Source: Myxococcota bacterium
GTDB taxonomy: Bacteria; Myxococcota_A; UBA9042; PHBI01; JAWLBL01
Direction: 5' to 3'
Length of the DNA stretch: 64,000 nt
Assembly (NCBI GenBank): GCA_041687695.1
Contig: JAWLBL010000018.1
Coordinates: 32,001 to 96,000, forward strand
Numbering within the stretch: position 1 is the first letter of the stretch; every line of letters starts with the position of its first letter. The position numbers and the translations under genes are program-made. The notes beneath the pieces were generated by a model. That model searched no databases and was not told where the DNA came from. It saw nothing but the letters and a program-made list of their open reading frames with translations. This document shows positions 20,149-29,615 of the stretch, in pieces.

Positions 20149-21620
20149 GCCGGCTGGAAGAGGGTGTCGTATTGATGCCGGCGGAGGCGGCCCTGGAGTG
20201 CTCCGGCTTGCCGGAGCCCCGGCCCCGGCGGCTTGCCGCCGGGATCTGGCCGCCAGACCCGGCGCAGCAAGCTGCGCCGGATGGGGGCTCCACCAAGGTG
20301 GAGCACTCCGGTTGGGCTCTTGCGACACCTTCTGGAAGACGGCGGTCCCAGGGGGGTGACCGCTGGGATCGGCGGTGACTCGGCCGGCTGGAAGCCGGCG
20401 GTCCCAGGCGGGCGGCCGCTGGGATGGGCGGTGCGCTCGGCCGGCTGGAAGAGGGTGTCGTATTGATGCCGGCGGAGGCGGCCCTGGAGTGCTCCGGCTT
20501 GCCGGAGCCCCGGCCCCGGCGGCTTGCCGCCGGGATCTGGCCGCCAGACCCGGCGCAGCAAGCTGCGCCGGATGGGGGCTCCACCAAGGTGGAGCACTCC
20601 GGTTGGGCTCTTGCGACACCTTCTGGAAGACGGCGGTCCCAGGGGGGTGACCGCTGGGATCGGCGGTGACTCGGCCGGCTGGAAGCCGGCGGTCCCAGGC
20701 GGGCGGCCGCTGGGATGGGCGGTGCGCTCGGCCGGCTGGAAGCCGGCGATCCCAGGGGGCTGGCCGCTGAGTTCGGCGGTGAGCTCGACCGCCTGGAAGG
20801 CGGCGGTCCCGCGCCTGAGCGCAGGGATCGGCGGGGACTCGGCCGGCTGGAAGAGGGTGTCGTACTGATGCCGGCGGAGGTGGCCTTGGAGTGCTGCGGC
20901 TTGCCGGAGCCCCGGCCCCGGCGGCTTGCCGCCGGGATCTGGCCGCCAGACCCGGCGCAGCAAGCTGCTGCCGGATGGGGGCTCCACCAAGGTGGAGCAC
21001 TCCGGTTGGCCTTGCGATACCCTCTGGAAGCCGGCGGTCCCAGGGGCTGCAGTCCCTGCATCGTCGCTAACCCGGCCGGCTGGAAGAGGGCGATCCCAGG
21101 GGGCTGACCGCAGGGATCGGCGGTGACGCGGCCGGCTGGAAGAGGGTGTCGTATTGATGCCGGCTGGGCGGCCTTGGAGTGCTCCGGCTTGCCGGAGCCC
21201 CGGCCCCGGCGGCTTGCCGCCGGGATCTGGCCGCCAGACCCGGCGCAGCAAGCTGCGCCGGATGGGGGCTCCACCAAGGTGGAGCACTCCGGTTGGCCTT
21301 GCGATACCCTCTGGAAGCCGGCGGTCCCAGGGGCTGCAGTCCCTGCATCGTCGCTAACCCGGCCGGCTGGAAGAGGGCGATCCCAGGGGGCTGACCGCAG
21401 GGATCGGCGGTGACGCGGCCGGCTGGAAGAGGGTGTCGTATTGATGCCGGCTGGGCGGCCTTGGAGTGCTCCGGCTTGCCGGAGCCCCGGCCCCGGCGGC
21501 TTGCCGCCGGGAGCCGGCCGCCCAACCCGGCGCAGCAAGCTGCGCCGGATGGGGGCTCCACCAAGGTGGAGCACTCCGGTTGGGCTTTTGCGACACCGGC
21601 TGGAAGCCGGCGGTCCCAGG
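20149..21620. repeat. Mosaic palindromic (REP/BIME-like) array: five 175-178 bp modules and ten 54-57 bp modules
   Basis: 16 CTGGAAG sites (20154, 20332, 20388, 20445, 20623, 20679, 20736, 20793, 20847, 21024, 21080, 21136, 21311, 21367, 21423, 21600); long modules contain GGAGTGCTCCGG-CTTG-CCGGAGC ... GCTCCAC-CAAG-GTGGAGCACTCC. Confidence 0.92.
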
Positions 21621-21632
21621 CCGGCGTTCGGA

Positions 21633-22514
21633 TCAGGGCTTGGGGCGGCAGGCGCGGCGCCAGCGGGGCTCGACCGGCGGGTCGGAGACGCGCTCGAGGG
21701 GGACCAGCTCGACCTGGTCGCCGTTGGCCTCCAGGAACCGGCGCAGCGCCTCGACGGTCTCGGGGTACGGGTGGCCGATGGCGACCGCGTGGCCACGCGC
21801 CTGGGCGAGGCGCAGCGCTTGCTCGAGCTGGGAGACGATGGCGCCGACCTCGCGGTCGTTGTCCAGGAAGACGTCGCGCTCGGCGACGGGCCGGCGGCCG
21901 CGGGCCTGGCTGGCCAGCTGCGAGCGGCGGGTCGTGCGGCTGTCGAGGACGACGAAGTCGCGGGGCAGGAGGTCGACGACCTCGCGCATGACGCTCGGCT
22001 CGCGGGTGAGCCGGCTGCCCATGTGGTTGTTGAGGCCGATGGCGCCCGGGACCTCGGCCAGCGCGCGCGTCAGGACAAGCCGCCGCGTCTCGGGCGCGTC
22101 GTCCTGGCGGAGGAAGTTCGGCAGGGTCATGTGGTCGGCGCGCATGGGCTCCATCGGCTGGTGGACCAGCACCGAGGCGCCTCGCGCCGACAGCCAGCGC
22201 GCGTACTCGGCGCCCCAGCGCGAGCCGGGCAGGATGGCCCAGGTCAGCGGCGCGCCCAGGGCCCACAGGGGCTGCACCTGATCGGGGTGCAGGCCCAGGT
22301 CGTCGATGACCACGGTCAGCTTGGGCAGGCCGCGCGGCGCGCGCGGGGCGACGCCGTCGACGCCGTGTGGGACGAGGTCGACCTCTGGAGCCGCGGAGGC
22401 GAAGCGGCACAGGTCCGCGGCGGGCGGCGGCGCGGCCGGCGCGCCCGAGCAGCCGGTGACGAGACCAATCCAGGCCCACGCCGCGACCGCGCGGGCCGGA
22501 GTCAGCGCAGCCAC
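21633..22514 (-). CDS. Divergent polysaccharide deacetylase family lipoprotein (YibQ-like)
   Basis: VVIDDLG, LTWAILP, VLVHQPMEP, GLNNHMGS, LDSRT, RDVFLDN, VAIGHP; lipobox-like VTGC; downstream of envC as in the conserved envC-yibQ arrangement. Confidence 0.88.
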   Translation of the reverse strand: MAALTPARAVAAWAWIGLVTGCSGAPAAPPPAADLCRFASAAPEVDLVPHGVDGVAPRAPRGLPKLTVVIDDLGLHPDQVQPLWALGAPLTWAILPGSRWGAEYARWLSARGASVLVHQPMEPMRADHMTLPNFLRQDDAPETRRLVLTRALAEVPGAIGLNNHMGSRLTREPSVMREVVDLLPRDFVVLDSRTTRRSQLASQARGRRPVAERDVFLDNDREVGAIVSQLEQALRLAQARGHAVAIGHPYPETVEALRRFLEANGDQVELVPLERVSDPPVEPRWRRACRPKP

Positions 22515-23644
22515 GGCTTGGGGTCGACCGCTTTGCCGTCGACCCGGATCTCGAAGTAGAGCTTCTGGCCGGTGAGCGAGCCCGAGTCGCCCACCGTGCC
22601 CAGGACCTGGCCCGTCTTGACCTTGTCGCCCTGCTCCACCGAGATCTCGCCCAGGTGGGCGTACAGCGACATGTGGCCCTGGCTGTGGTCCAGGATGACC
22701 GTGCGGCCGAGGCCCCGCATCCACCCCGCGAAGGCGACGTAACCCCAGTAGATGCTGCGGACCTTGTCCTCGGACGGATCGGGCTGGATGTCGATGCCGC
22801 GATGGACCGTCTTGGTGCCGAACTTCGGGTGGGTGCGCACCCCGAAGCGGCCGACGATGGTGCCCTTGCGCAGCGGGATCAGGAACTTGCCCTTGTTCTC
22901 GGCGAACCACAGGCGGCCGCGCTTGTCGTCGCGCAGCTCCTCCACCTGCTGCACCAGCGCCTCGTCGACGGTCTCCATCTCTTGCGCGACCTTGGCCTGG
23001 AAGGCGCCGCGGTCCCGGACCGCGTCGAGCAGGGCCTCCTTCTCCTGCCGGTCCCAGCTCAGCTCCTGGAGCAGGTGCGCGATGGCCTGCTGCGTGTTGG
23101 CCAGGTTGCGGCGGCGGCGCTCGAGGTCCTCCTTGGCGACGCGCCAGCGCTCGAGCTGGTCGCGATAGCGGGCGAGGCGCTGTCGGTCGGCCTCGAGCAG
23201 GGCACCCAGCGCGCGGGCGCGGCGGAGGTAGCGGGCGTAGTCCTCGGAGCCCAACAGGACCTGGTAGGCCTCGGTGCGCTTGAGCTGACCCATCGCGCGC
23301 AGGCGCCGGCGGACCAGCTGGCGGGCGGCGTCGAGGGCGGCGGTCTGCTCGTCGAACTGATCGGTGGTGCGGGCGAGGTCCTTGTCGACGATGCGCTGCT
23401 GCTCGCGCAGGCGGTCGAGCTCGCCGGTGCGGCGGGCGATGTCGATCTCGAGGCTGTGGGCGGCGTCGAGGATGCTCAGCTCGGCGCGCAGCAGCCGGTT
23501 GATGTCCTCGGCGGGCGTGCGCGTGGCCGGCGGCTCGGGCTTGGTGACGACCAGCGTGTCCGGGTCGACCGCGGCCGTTGCGTCGCCCTTGGGCCCGGCG
23601 CCCACCAGCGCGAGCGCGAGCAGGACCGGCAGCAGGCTAGCCAC
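22502..23644 (-). CDS. envC: Murein hydrolase activator EnvC-like (coiled coil + degenerate M23/LytM)
   Basis: Signal peptide, long coiled coil, HRGID, YAHL; HxH motif replaced by KLY (QKLYFEIR); follows ftsEX. Confidence 0.82.
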   Translation of the reverse strand: MASLLPVLLALALVGAGPKGDATAAVDPDTLVVTKPEPPATRTPAEDINRLLRAELSILDAAHSLEIDIARRTGELDRLREQQRIVDKDLARTTDQFDEQTAALDAARQLVRRRLRAMGQLKRTEAYQVLLGSEDYARYLRRARALGALLEADRQRLARYRDQLERWRVAKEDLERRRRNLANTQQAIAHLLQELSWDRQEKEALLDAVRDRGAFQAKVAQEMETVDEALVQQVEELRDDKRGRLWFAENKGKFLIPLRKGTIVGRFGVRTHPKFGTKTVHRGIDIQPDPSEDKVRSIYWGYVAFAGWMRGLGRTVILDHSQGHMSLYAHLGEISVEQGDKVKTGQVLGTVGDSGSLTGQKLYFEIRVDGKAVDPKPWLR

Positions 23645-24554
23645 GGAGATAGCGCCCCACGCTCAGGGCCGAGCCGGCCAGGCCCAGGCACACGCCGCCG
23701 AGCAGCAGCCACGCGACCATGCCGGCGGGCATGAGATCGAGCTGCAGGTTCAGCAGGTGCTCCTCCTCGACGAAGGTGGCCAGCTTGCCGTGGATGAGCG
23801 CCACGATGAGCAGCGCCGTCGCCGAGCCGAACAGCCCCGCGAAGGCGCCCTCGAGGTAGAAGGGCGCTCGGATGTAGCCGTCGGTGGCGCCGACGAGGCG
23901 CAGGACCTCGATCTCTTGCTGCCGCGCGTACACGGCGAGCTTGATGGTCGAGAAGGTGAAGAAGACCGCGGCCGCCAGAACGATGAGGCAGATGATGAGG
24001 CCGGTGAGGCGGACCAGGTCGATGACCGCGAAGATGATGCGGATCTTCTCGGCGCCGTAGTGCAGCTCCTCGACCCCGGACACGCCCTGGAGCTCGCCCA
24101 GCCAGGCCGACAGCTTGTCGAAGTCGTCGCGGTGGCGCTGGCGCGGCTGGAGCTGGATCTCGATGGAGGGCTGACCGGGGATGGCCTCGGCGTCGAGGCC
24201 CTCGAGCAGCTCGGGCGTGATGAGCGCGAGGTTGCGGGCGCGGTCCTCTTCGCGGGTCATGAAGCGGACGGTCTCGACCTCGTCGCGGCCGGCGATGTTG
24301 TCGAGCAGGGTCTTGATGGTCGCGTTGTCGACGTCGTCGGCCAGGTAGACGGTGACGTTGAGATCGCTGGCGATGTCGTCGAGCAGCCGGCTGGCGTTGA
24401 CCATCACGAAGCCGAACAGGCCCACCAGGATGAGGCTGACGGCGATGGTGAGGACGGCGACCAGGGTCAGGACCTTGGCCGTCATCACGTTCTTCCAGGC
24501 CTCGCGGACGAAGAACAGGGCGCGGGACGACGAGGAGGAGGACGAGGTCATCAT
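23637..24554 (-). CDS. ftsX: Cell division permease-like protein FtsX
   Basis: 4 TM; TIKLAVYARQQEIEVLRLVGATDGYIRAPFYLEG. Confidence 0.93.
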   Translation of the reverse strand: MMTSSSSSSSRALFFVREAWKNVMTAKVLTLVAVLTIAVSLILVGLFGFVMVNASRLLDDIASDLNVTVYLADDVDNATIKTLLDNIAGRDEVETVRFMTREEDRARNLALITPELLEGLDAEAIPGQPSIEIQLQPRQRHRDDFDKLSAWLGELQGVSGVEELHYGAEKIRIIFAVIDLVRLTGLIICLIVLAAAVFFTFSTIKLAVYARQQEIEVLRLVGATDGYIRAPFYLEGAFAGLFGSATALLIVALIHGKLATFVEEEHLLNLQLDLMPAGMVAWLLLGGVCLGLAGSALSVGRYLRG

Positions 24555-25318
24555 CGGTCGAGGTCCATCTCGGCGGCCTCGGCCAGGGCGGCGGCGGCGC
24601 GCGCGCCCGGCGGGCGGGTGTCGGCCTGGCCCGGGGCGCCGGGCAGGACCTCGGCGGGGGCGCCGTCCTCGATGAGGAAGCCCTTGTTGAGCAGGACGAC
24701 GCGCTGGCCGAAGCGGTCCATCAGGCCGCGGTCGTGGGTCGCGACGATGACCGTGGTCCCGCGGGCCTGCACGTCGAGCAGCATCTGCATGATCTCGAGC
24801 GACAGGTCCGGGTCCAGGTTGCCGGTCGGCTCGTCGGCCAGCAGGATGGCCGGCTCGTTGACCAGCGCCCGCGCGATGGCGACGCGCTGCTGCTCGCCGC
24901 CCGACAGCCAGCTGGGCATCGACCGCGCGTAGCGCTCGAGCCCGACCATGTCGAGCACCTGGTCCACGCGCCGCTTGATCGACTTACGGGGCAGCCCAAG
25001 CACCTCGAGCGACACGGCGATGTTGTCGAAGACGTTGCGGTGGGCGAGCAGCTTGAAGTCCTGCCAGACCACGCCGATGTTCCGCCTCAGGAACGGGATC
25101 GACGAGCGCTTGAGGACCGCGAGGTTGCGCCCGGCGACGAGGATCTGCCCCTCGCTCGCCCGCTCCATCGCCATCAGCAGCTTGATGAAGGTCGTCTTGC
25201 CCGCGCCCGAGGGCCCCGAGAGGAACACGAACTCACCCTCGTGGATGTGGAGGGTGACGTCTCGCAACGCCTCGATTCCATTGGGGTAACGCTTGGTCAC
25301 ATGATAGAGCTGGATCAC
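24551..25318 (-). CDS. ftsE: Cell division ATP-binding protein FtsE
   Basis: GPSGAGKTT, PFLRRNIGVVWQDFKLL, LSGGEQQR, LADEPTGNLD, VATHD; GTG start at 25318 inferred. Confidence 0.94.
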   Translation of the reverse strand: MIQLYHVTKRYPNGIEALRDVTLHIHEGEFVFLSGPSGAGKTTFIKLLMAMERASEGQILVAGRNLAVLKRSSIPFLRRNIGVVWQDFKLLAHRNVFDNIAVSLEVLGLPRKSIKRRVDQVLDMVGLERYARSMPSWLSGGEQQRVAIARALVNEPAILLADEPTGNLDPDLSLEIMQMLLDVQARGTTVIVATHDRGLMDRFGQRVVLLNKGFLIEDGAPAEVLPGAPGQADTRPPGARAAAALAEAAEMDLDR

Positions 25319-25455
25319 GCGCCGGAAGCTAACACCAATCTTTTCGCGCGTCGACAGCGCCAACACGCCGCCGGCGCCCCGGTCGGGGTCACGGCGCGGC
25401 CGCGCGCCAAGGGTACGGGAGGTCCCCGAGGCCTGCAATCCTCTGGCGGCTTAGC

Positions 25456-25484
25456 TTGACACCCCAGATCCTGCGTGATAACCG
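25456..25484 (+). promoter_or_regulatory. Possible sigma70 promoter for the outer-membrane protein gene
   Basis: TTGACA at 25456-25461; only a weak -10 candidate (TGATAACC region). Confidence 0.3.
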
Positions 25485-25579
25485 CCGGCCGGTTTCCACG
25501 CACACGACATCCTCACGAAGGCGGCCCCCTCGGCGGACCGCGCCTTCGCCTCCCTCAAGCTCCCCACAGGAGAACTACC

Positions 25580-26965
25580 ATGGCGAATCGTCTGGCCGCC
25601 CTGGCCGCGTGCCTCGGCCTGGTCCTCTCGGCCTCCCCTGCCCTGGCCACCCAGGCTCGCATCGACTCGATGGGCGGCAGCTCGCGGTACATCACCGTCG
25701 AGGACGAGACGAACATCTTCTTCTTCCCGTCCCTGCTGGTCCGCTACGGCAACCTGGCCCTGGTGGACAACCTGAACGGGAACTCACTCGTCATCCCGGG
25801 CCTGAACACGCGCTTCGGCTTCCACTACATGATGGGCGAGGAGACCGTCCTCGCCATCTACGGTGGCCGCGTGAACGCGACCGGGCGCCCGGGCACGGAC
25901 TTCCGCTCGCGCTTCCTCGCCTCCGAGAACCCCTTCATCGGCGGCTCGTCGCTGGGCGTGGGCTTCACGGCCAGCCAGGCGGGCGGCGCCGGCGGCGGCA
26001 CCACCGAGGGCATGGCCGCCCAGGTCCCGACCGCCGCGTCGGACGCCATCGGCAACACCGATCTGAAGATGGGCCTCATCTTCGCCACCAAGTTCGGCCC
26101 GACCACCCGCTTCGGCGCCATGCTGAACATCATGGGTGACGACGCTGACGTCGAGCAGCCCTCCAACACCAACCAGACCGACCAGGGCGCGCTCCTCATC
26201 GACGCCGCCGTGGGCCTCGGCCTGGATCTGGTCGGCAGCGAGCTCGAGCTGACCCTGGGCTTCCAGTACGGCACCGTCGACGACTACCGCGACGCGGTGG
26301 TCGCCGCGACCGGCCAGTTCAACGATCTCGTCCAGCACTGGTCGGGCGAGCACATGGGCGTGCGCCTCGGCGGCCGCTGGGTCATCGAGATGACCGAGCG
26401 CCAGCGCCTGGTCCCCTACGCGACCCTGAACTACGGCACCCAGGACGTCCGCCACAACAACCTGCCCATCGGCGTGCAGCAGAACGGCTCGTGGAACGCC
26501 GTCGACTTCCAGGTCGGCGCCGACCTCCGCATGGAGCTGTTCGACGACGTGTTCGTCGTCCCGGGCCTGGGCATCCGCTACGCCCAGCACACCCTCGAGG
26601 GCGCCGGCAACGTCGACGACGACGTGGATCGCCTGGTCTCCTTCCCGTTCTACGGGATGGGCATCGACGTGAAGGTGTGGGAGTGGATGGACTTCCGCTT
26701 CGGCGCCAACCAGTTCGTCAACTTCCTGCGCCACTCGTCGACCACCTCGCCGCAGCCGGGCATCTCGATCACCAACGAGGACCGCGCCTCCGAGGTGCTG
26801 ACGACCGTGCACACGGGCCTCGGCTTCCACTTCCCGATCGCCGAGTCGGTCCTGAGCCTGGACATCAACGTCAACCCGACGTTCTGGCTCAACGGCCCCG
26901 ACTTCATCACCGGCAACGCCACGAACCCCTTCGGGCTCAACGCGGCCGTGAAGTACGACTGGTAG
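25580..26965 (+). CDS. Putative outer-membrane beta-barrel protein
   Basis: AGGAG RBS, Sec signal (..SPALA), amphipathic beta-strand pattern, C-terminal ..AAVKYDW beta-signal, strongly biased codons, own terminator. Confidence 0.75.
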   Translation: MANRLAALAACLGLVLSASPALATQARIDSMGGSSRYITVEDETNIFFFPSLLVRYGNLALVDNLNGNSLVIPGLNTRFGFHYMMGEETVLAIYGGRVNATGRPGTDFRSRFLASENPFIGGSSLGVGFTASQAGGAGGGTTEGMAAQVPTAASDAIGNTDLKMGLIFATKFGPTTRFGAMLNIMGDDADVEQPSNTNQTDQGALLIDAAVGLGLDLVGSELELTLGFQYGTVDDYRDAVVAATGQFNDLVQHWSGEHMGVRLGGRWVIEMTERQRLVPYATLNYGTQDVRHNNLPIGVQQNGSWNAVDFQVGADLRMELFDDVFVVPGLGIRYAQHTLEGAGNVDDDVDRLVSFPFYGMGIDVKVWEWMDFRFGANQFVNFLRHSSTTSPQPGISITNEDRASEVLTTVHTGLGFHFPIAESVLSLDINVNPTFWLNGPDFITGNATNPFGLNAAVKYDW

Positions 26966-26988
26966 TCGGTCCCTGGTCCTCGTGACCT

Positions 26989-27030
26989 GCGAAGGCCCGG
27001 TGGGAACCCCCCGCCGGGCCTTCGCGCTTT
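26989..27030 (+). terminator. Intrinsic (possibly bidirectional) terminator
   Basis: Stem GCGAAGGCCCGG...CCGGGCCTTCGC followed by GCTTT, between convergent genes. Confidence 0.75.
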
Positions 27031-27049
27031 CGAAGGTCCGCCCGAGCCG

Positions 27050-29452
27050 CTACTCGGGCACCCACAGCAGCTCGAGGCGCGTGACCTCGACTCTGGAGCG
27101 GTCGACGTGGACCGGCGCCAGACGGCAGGCCGCCAGCAGATCGACGGCGGTCAGCTCGAGCTCGGCCGCCTCGCGCTGCACCTCGCCCAGCGAGGCGTCG
27201 CGCATCTGCTTGGTCTGCCGGTACTTTTCGAGCTGCAGGCGCGCGCCGTCCCGGGCGCGGTCCAGGCGCGGCCCGGTCACCCCCTGCGCGGCCAGGGCCT
27301 CGAGCTCTCGCTTGGCCATGGCCAGCCCCTCCTGGTGCTCGGCCAGCCGGCGGTCCCACAGCGCGGCCTCGTGGGTCAGCCGCTCGCCCGCCGCGTGGCG
27401 GGTGCGCTCGCCCATGACGCGCAGCTCGTCGACCAGACTCGCTCGAAAGGCGTCCAGCGTCTGGCCCAGCTCGCCGTAACGGCCGCCGCCCTTCCACCTG
27501 GCGCAGTAGGGCACCATCAGCGGGGAGGCCAGCAGGCCGTCGGCGAAGCGCTGGCGCAGGACCAGCGGGGCGCCCTCGGGGCCCGAGAGCCACGGCGGCA
27601 GCGGGTCGAGCAGGGCGCCGTCCGGCGCGGCCTGGGTGACGAGGCGGTCGTCCAGCGTCAGCGGCGCGGACCAGACCAGGGCCTGCGGGCGGTCGGCCAG
27701 CGGGGCCAGGCGGGTGACCGTCAGGGTCTGGCGCGGGTGGTCGGCCGGGCGCCAGCGCACCTGCGCGGTGGCGAGCAGCGCCGGGTGGTACAGCGGCGCG
27801 CGCGGGTCGGTCAGCGAGACGACGGGCAGCTGGACGGCGTGGCGGATCGCGGGGTCGTCCAGCGCCTCGGGGAGGAGGAAGCGCTGCGGCAGCGTGGTGG
27901 CGCTGGTGCGGCGCGGCTCGGGCGTCGAAGCCAGCGGCGCCGGCCGGCGGGTCGGCGGGTGGAGCTGGACCTGCGGGGCGGCGGAGGGCGAAGGCGAGCC
28001 GGAACGGTTGGGTGCGGCCTCGGGCGCCTGCTCGGCCAGGATGGGCTCGGGCGCCTGGGAGAGGTTGTAGAAGCCGGCCTGCCGCAGCCGGCCCAGCTCG
28101 GCGCGGGTCAGCGGACCGCGCAGGTAGCTCATCGCGAAGCGGCTGCGGAAGACCTGGGGCCGGTCCAGCCAGCCGGCGTGCAGCAGGAACTGGCGGCGCT
28201 CGAGGCCGGCCAGCAGGCGGCCCAACGAGGCTCGGTCGGCGTTCGGCGCTCCGGTCGCCTCGGCGGTGACCAGGCCGTCCAGGATGCGGTCGCGGTCCTG
28301 GTCGGTCTGCAGCTTGCCGACCAGCCAGGTGCCGGCGTTGGACAGGGCCTTGTAGTCCAGATCCACGGGGTTCTGGGTGGCCAACACGACGCCCAGGCCG
28401 GCGGCGCGGGCCTGCTTGAGCAGGGTCAGCAGGGGCTGCTTGGACGAGGGGTTGCGGGGGTGCGGCGGCAGGAATCCGAAGACCTCGTCGAAGTAGAGCA
28501 GCGCGCGCAGGTCGCCCGAGCCGGGCTGGCGGCGCATCCAGGCGACCAGGCGCTCGAGCAGCAGGGTGACGAAGCTCATGCGCTCGGCGTCGCCGAGGTG
28601 GGCCAGGTGGAAGACCGAGGTGCGGGCGGCGCCGGCCTCGCGGGCCAGCAGGCGGTCGAGGTCGAGCGGGGCGCCCTCGCGCCAGGGGGCGAAGGACGGG
28701 CTGGCCAGCAGGGTGTTGAGGCGGGTCGCCAGCTGCACGCGGGCGCGCTCGGGGAAGAAGGTGTCGAGCTCGAGGGCGCCCAGGCGGGTGAAGGGCGGGC
28801 GCTCGAGGCCGCGGACCAGATCGGCGAGGGTGGCGCCCTGCCCTCGCTGCCAGTGGTGGGTGACCAGGTTGGACAGCAGGATGTGCTCGCGGGACTGCAG
28901 CGGGTCCGCGTCGACGCCGACCAGCTCGAGCAGGGCCGAGACGACGCCGGAGACCTGCTCGGCCCGGTCTTCGGCGCCGAGGTCGGCCCAGCCGGCGGGC
29001 GGGTCGAAGCGGTCGAGCAGCTTGACCGGGACCGAGGCCGACGAGCCGGGGGTGTAGACGGTGATGGCGGCGCGCTCGCGGAGCTGGCGGATCTCGTCCG
29101 GGCCGAGGCCAGAGGCGGCGAGGCCCTCGCGCCAGCGGGTCGCGACCGACTCGCCGTCTTCCGGGGCGTCGGGCGGCAGCCACTCGGCGAAGCGCTCGGC
29201 GGGGAGGTCGGGCCAGGACAGGGCCAGGTTGGCGAGGTCACCCTTGGGATCGATGGCCAGGACCGGGACGCCGGCGCGGGCGGCCTCTTCGAGCAGGGTC
29301 ACGCACAGGCCGGTCTTGCCGCTGCCCGTCATGCCCAGGCAGACGGCGTGGGTGGTGAGGGTGCGGGGGTCGACCTGCAGCCGCGCGGGGGCGGCCTCGG
29401 GCGCGGCGGGGTCGAGGCCAGGGGCTTGGAGGGTGCCGAGATACATGCTCAT
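27050..29452 (-). CDS. HerA/FtsK-superfamily (DUF87-type) P-loop ATPase with C-terminal coiled coil
   Basis: LTTHAVCLGMTGSGKT, AIDPKGD, LYFDEVFG, LLKQARAAG, LATQNPVDLDYK. Confidence 0.85.
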   Translation of the reverse strand: MSMYLGTLQAPGLDPAAPEAAPARLQVDPRTLTTHAVCLGMTGSGKTGLCVTLLEEAARAGVPVLAIDPKGDLANLALSWPDLPAERFAEWLPPDAPEDGESVATRWREGLAASGLGPDEIRQLRERAAITVYTPGSSASVPVKLLDRFDPPAGWADLGAEDRAEQVSGVVSALLELVGVDADPLQSREHILLSNLVTHHWQRGQGATLADLVRGLERPPFTRLGALELDTFFPERARVQLATRLNTLLASPSFAPWREGAPLDLDRLLAREAGAARTSVFHLAHLGDAERMSFVTLLLERLVAWMRRQPGSGDLRALLYFDEVFGFLPPHPRNPSSKQPLLTLLKQARAAGLGVVLATQNPVDLDYKALSNAGTWLVGKLQTDQDRDRILDGLVTAEATGAPNADRASLGRLLAGLERRQFLLHAGWLDRPQVFRSRFAMSYLRGPLTRAELGRLRQAGFYNLSQAPEPILAEQAPEAAPNRSGSPSPSAAPQVQLHPPTRRPAPLASTPEPRRTSATTLPQRFLLPEALDDPAIRHAVQLPVVSLTDPRAPLYHPALLATAQVRWRPADHPRQTLTVTRLAPLADRPQALVWSAPLTLDDRLVTQAAPDGALLDPLPPWLSGPEGAPLVLRQRFADGLLASPLMVPYCARWKGGGRYGELGQTLDAFRASLVDELRVMGERTRHAAGERLTHEAALWDRRLAEHQEGLAMAKRELEALAAQGVTGPRLDRARDGARLQLEKYRQTKQMRDASLGEVQREAAELELTAVDLLAACRLAPVHVDRSRVEVTRLELLWVPE

Positions 29453-29615
29453 GGCCGAGCATGCTGACAGAGGCGCGGTGCGATGCAAGCGGGGTGCGTC
29501 GGAGCGCGGGGACCCGTGGTTTGACTCGCCGGTGTGCGATCCGGAACATGCTTGCTTTTCAGGGATTGGTCTGAAAGAACCGAACGCCGATCCCCCACGC
29601 ATCGAGGTGACGAGC

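Noticed and set aside
20149..21620. CRISPR array
   Set aside because: The sequences between the repeated motifs are homologous or identical to each other rather than unique spacers, module lengths are bimodal, and no cas genes are in the window.
18891..21796. Long ORFs (798, 637, 307 aa and others) across the repeat array
   Set aside because: Translations are repeat-derived, open in several frames on both strands and overlap jag/yibQ; they reflect stop-poor GC-rich palindromes.
22502..22900. Active M23 endopeptidase
   Set aside because: The HxH zinc motif is replaced by KLY; this is normal for EnvC-type activators and so not novel.
29541..29556. Sigma54 promoter upstream of the lipoprotein cluster
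   Set aside because: GG and GC are 9 nt apart rather than 10, and the TGGCAC element is missing.
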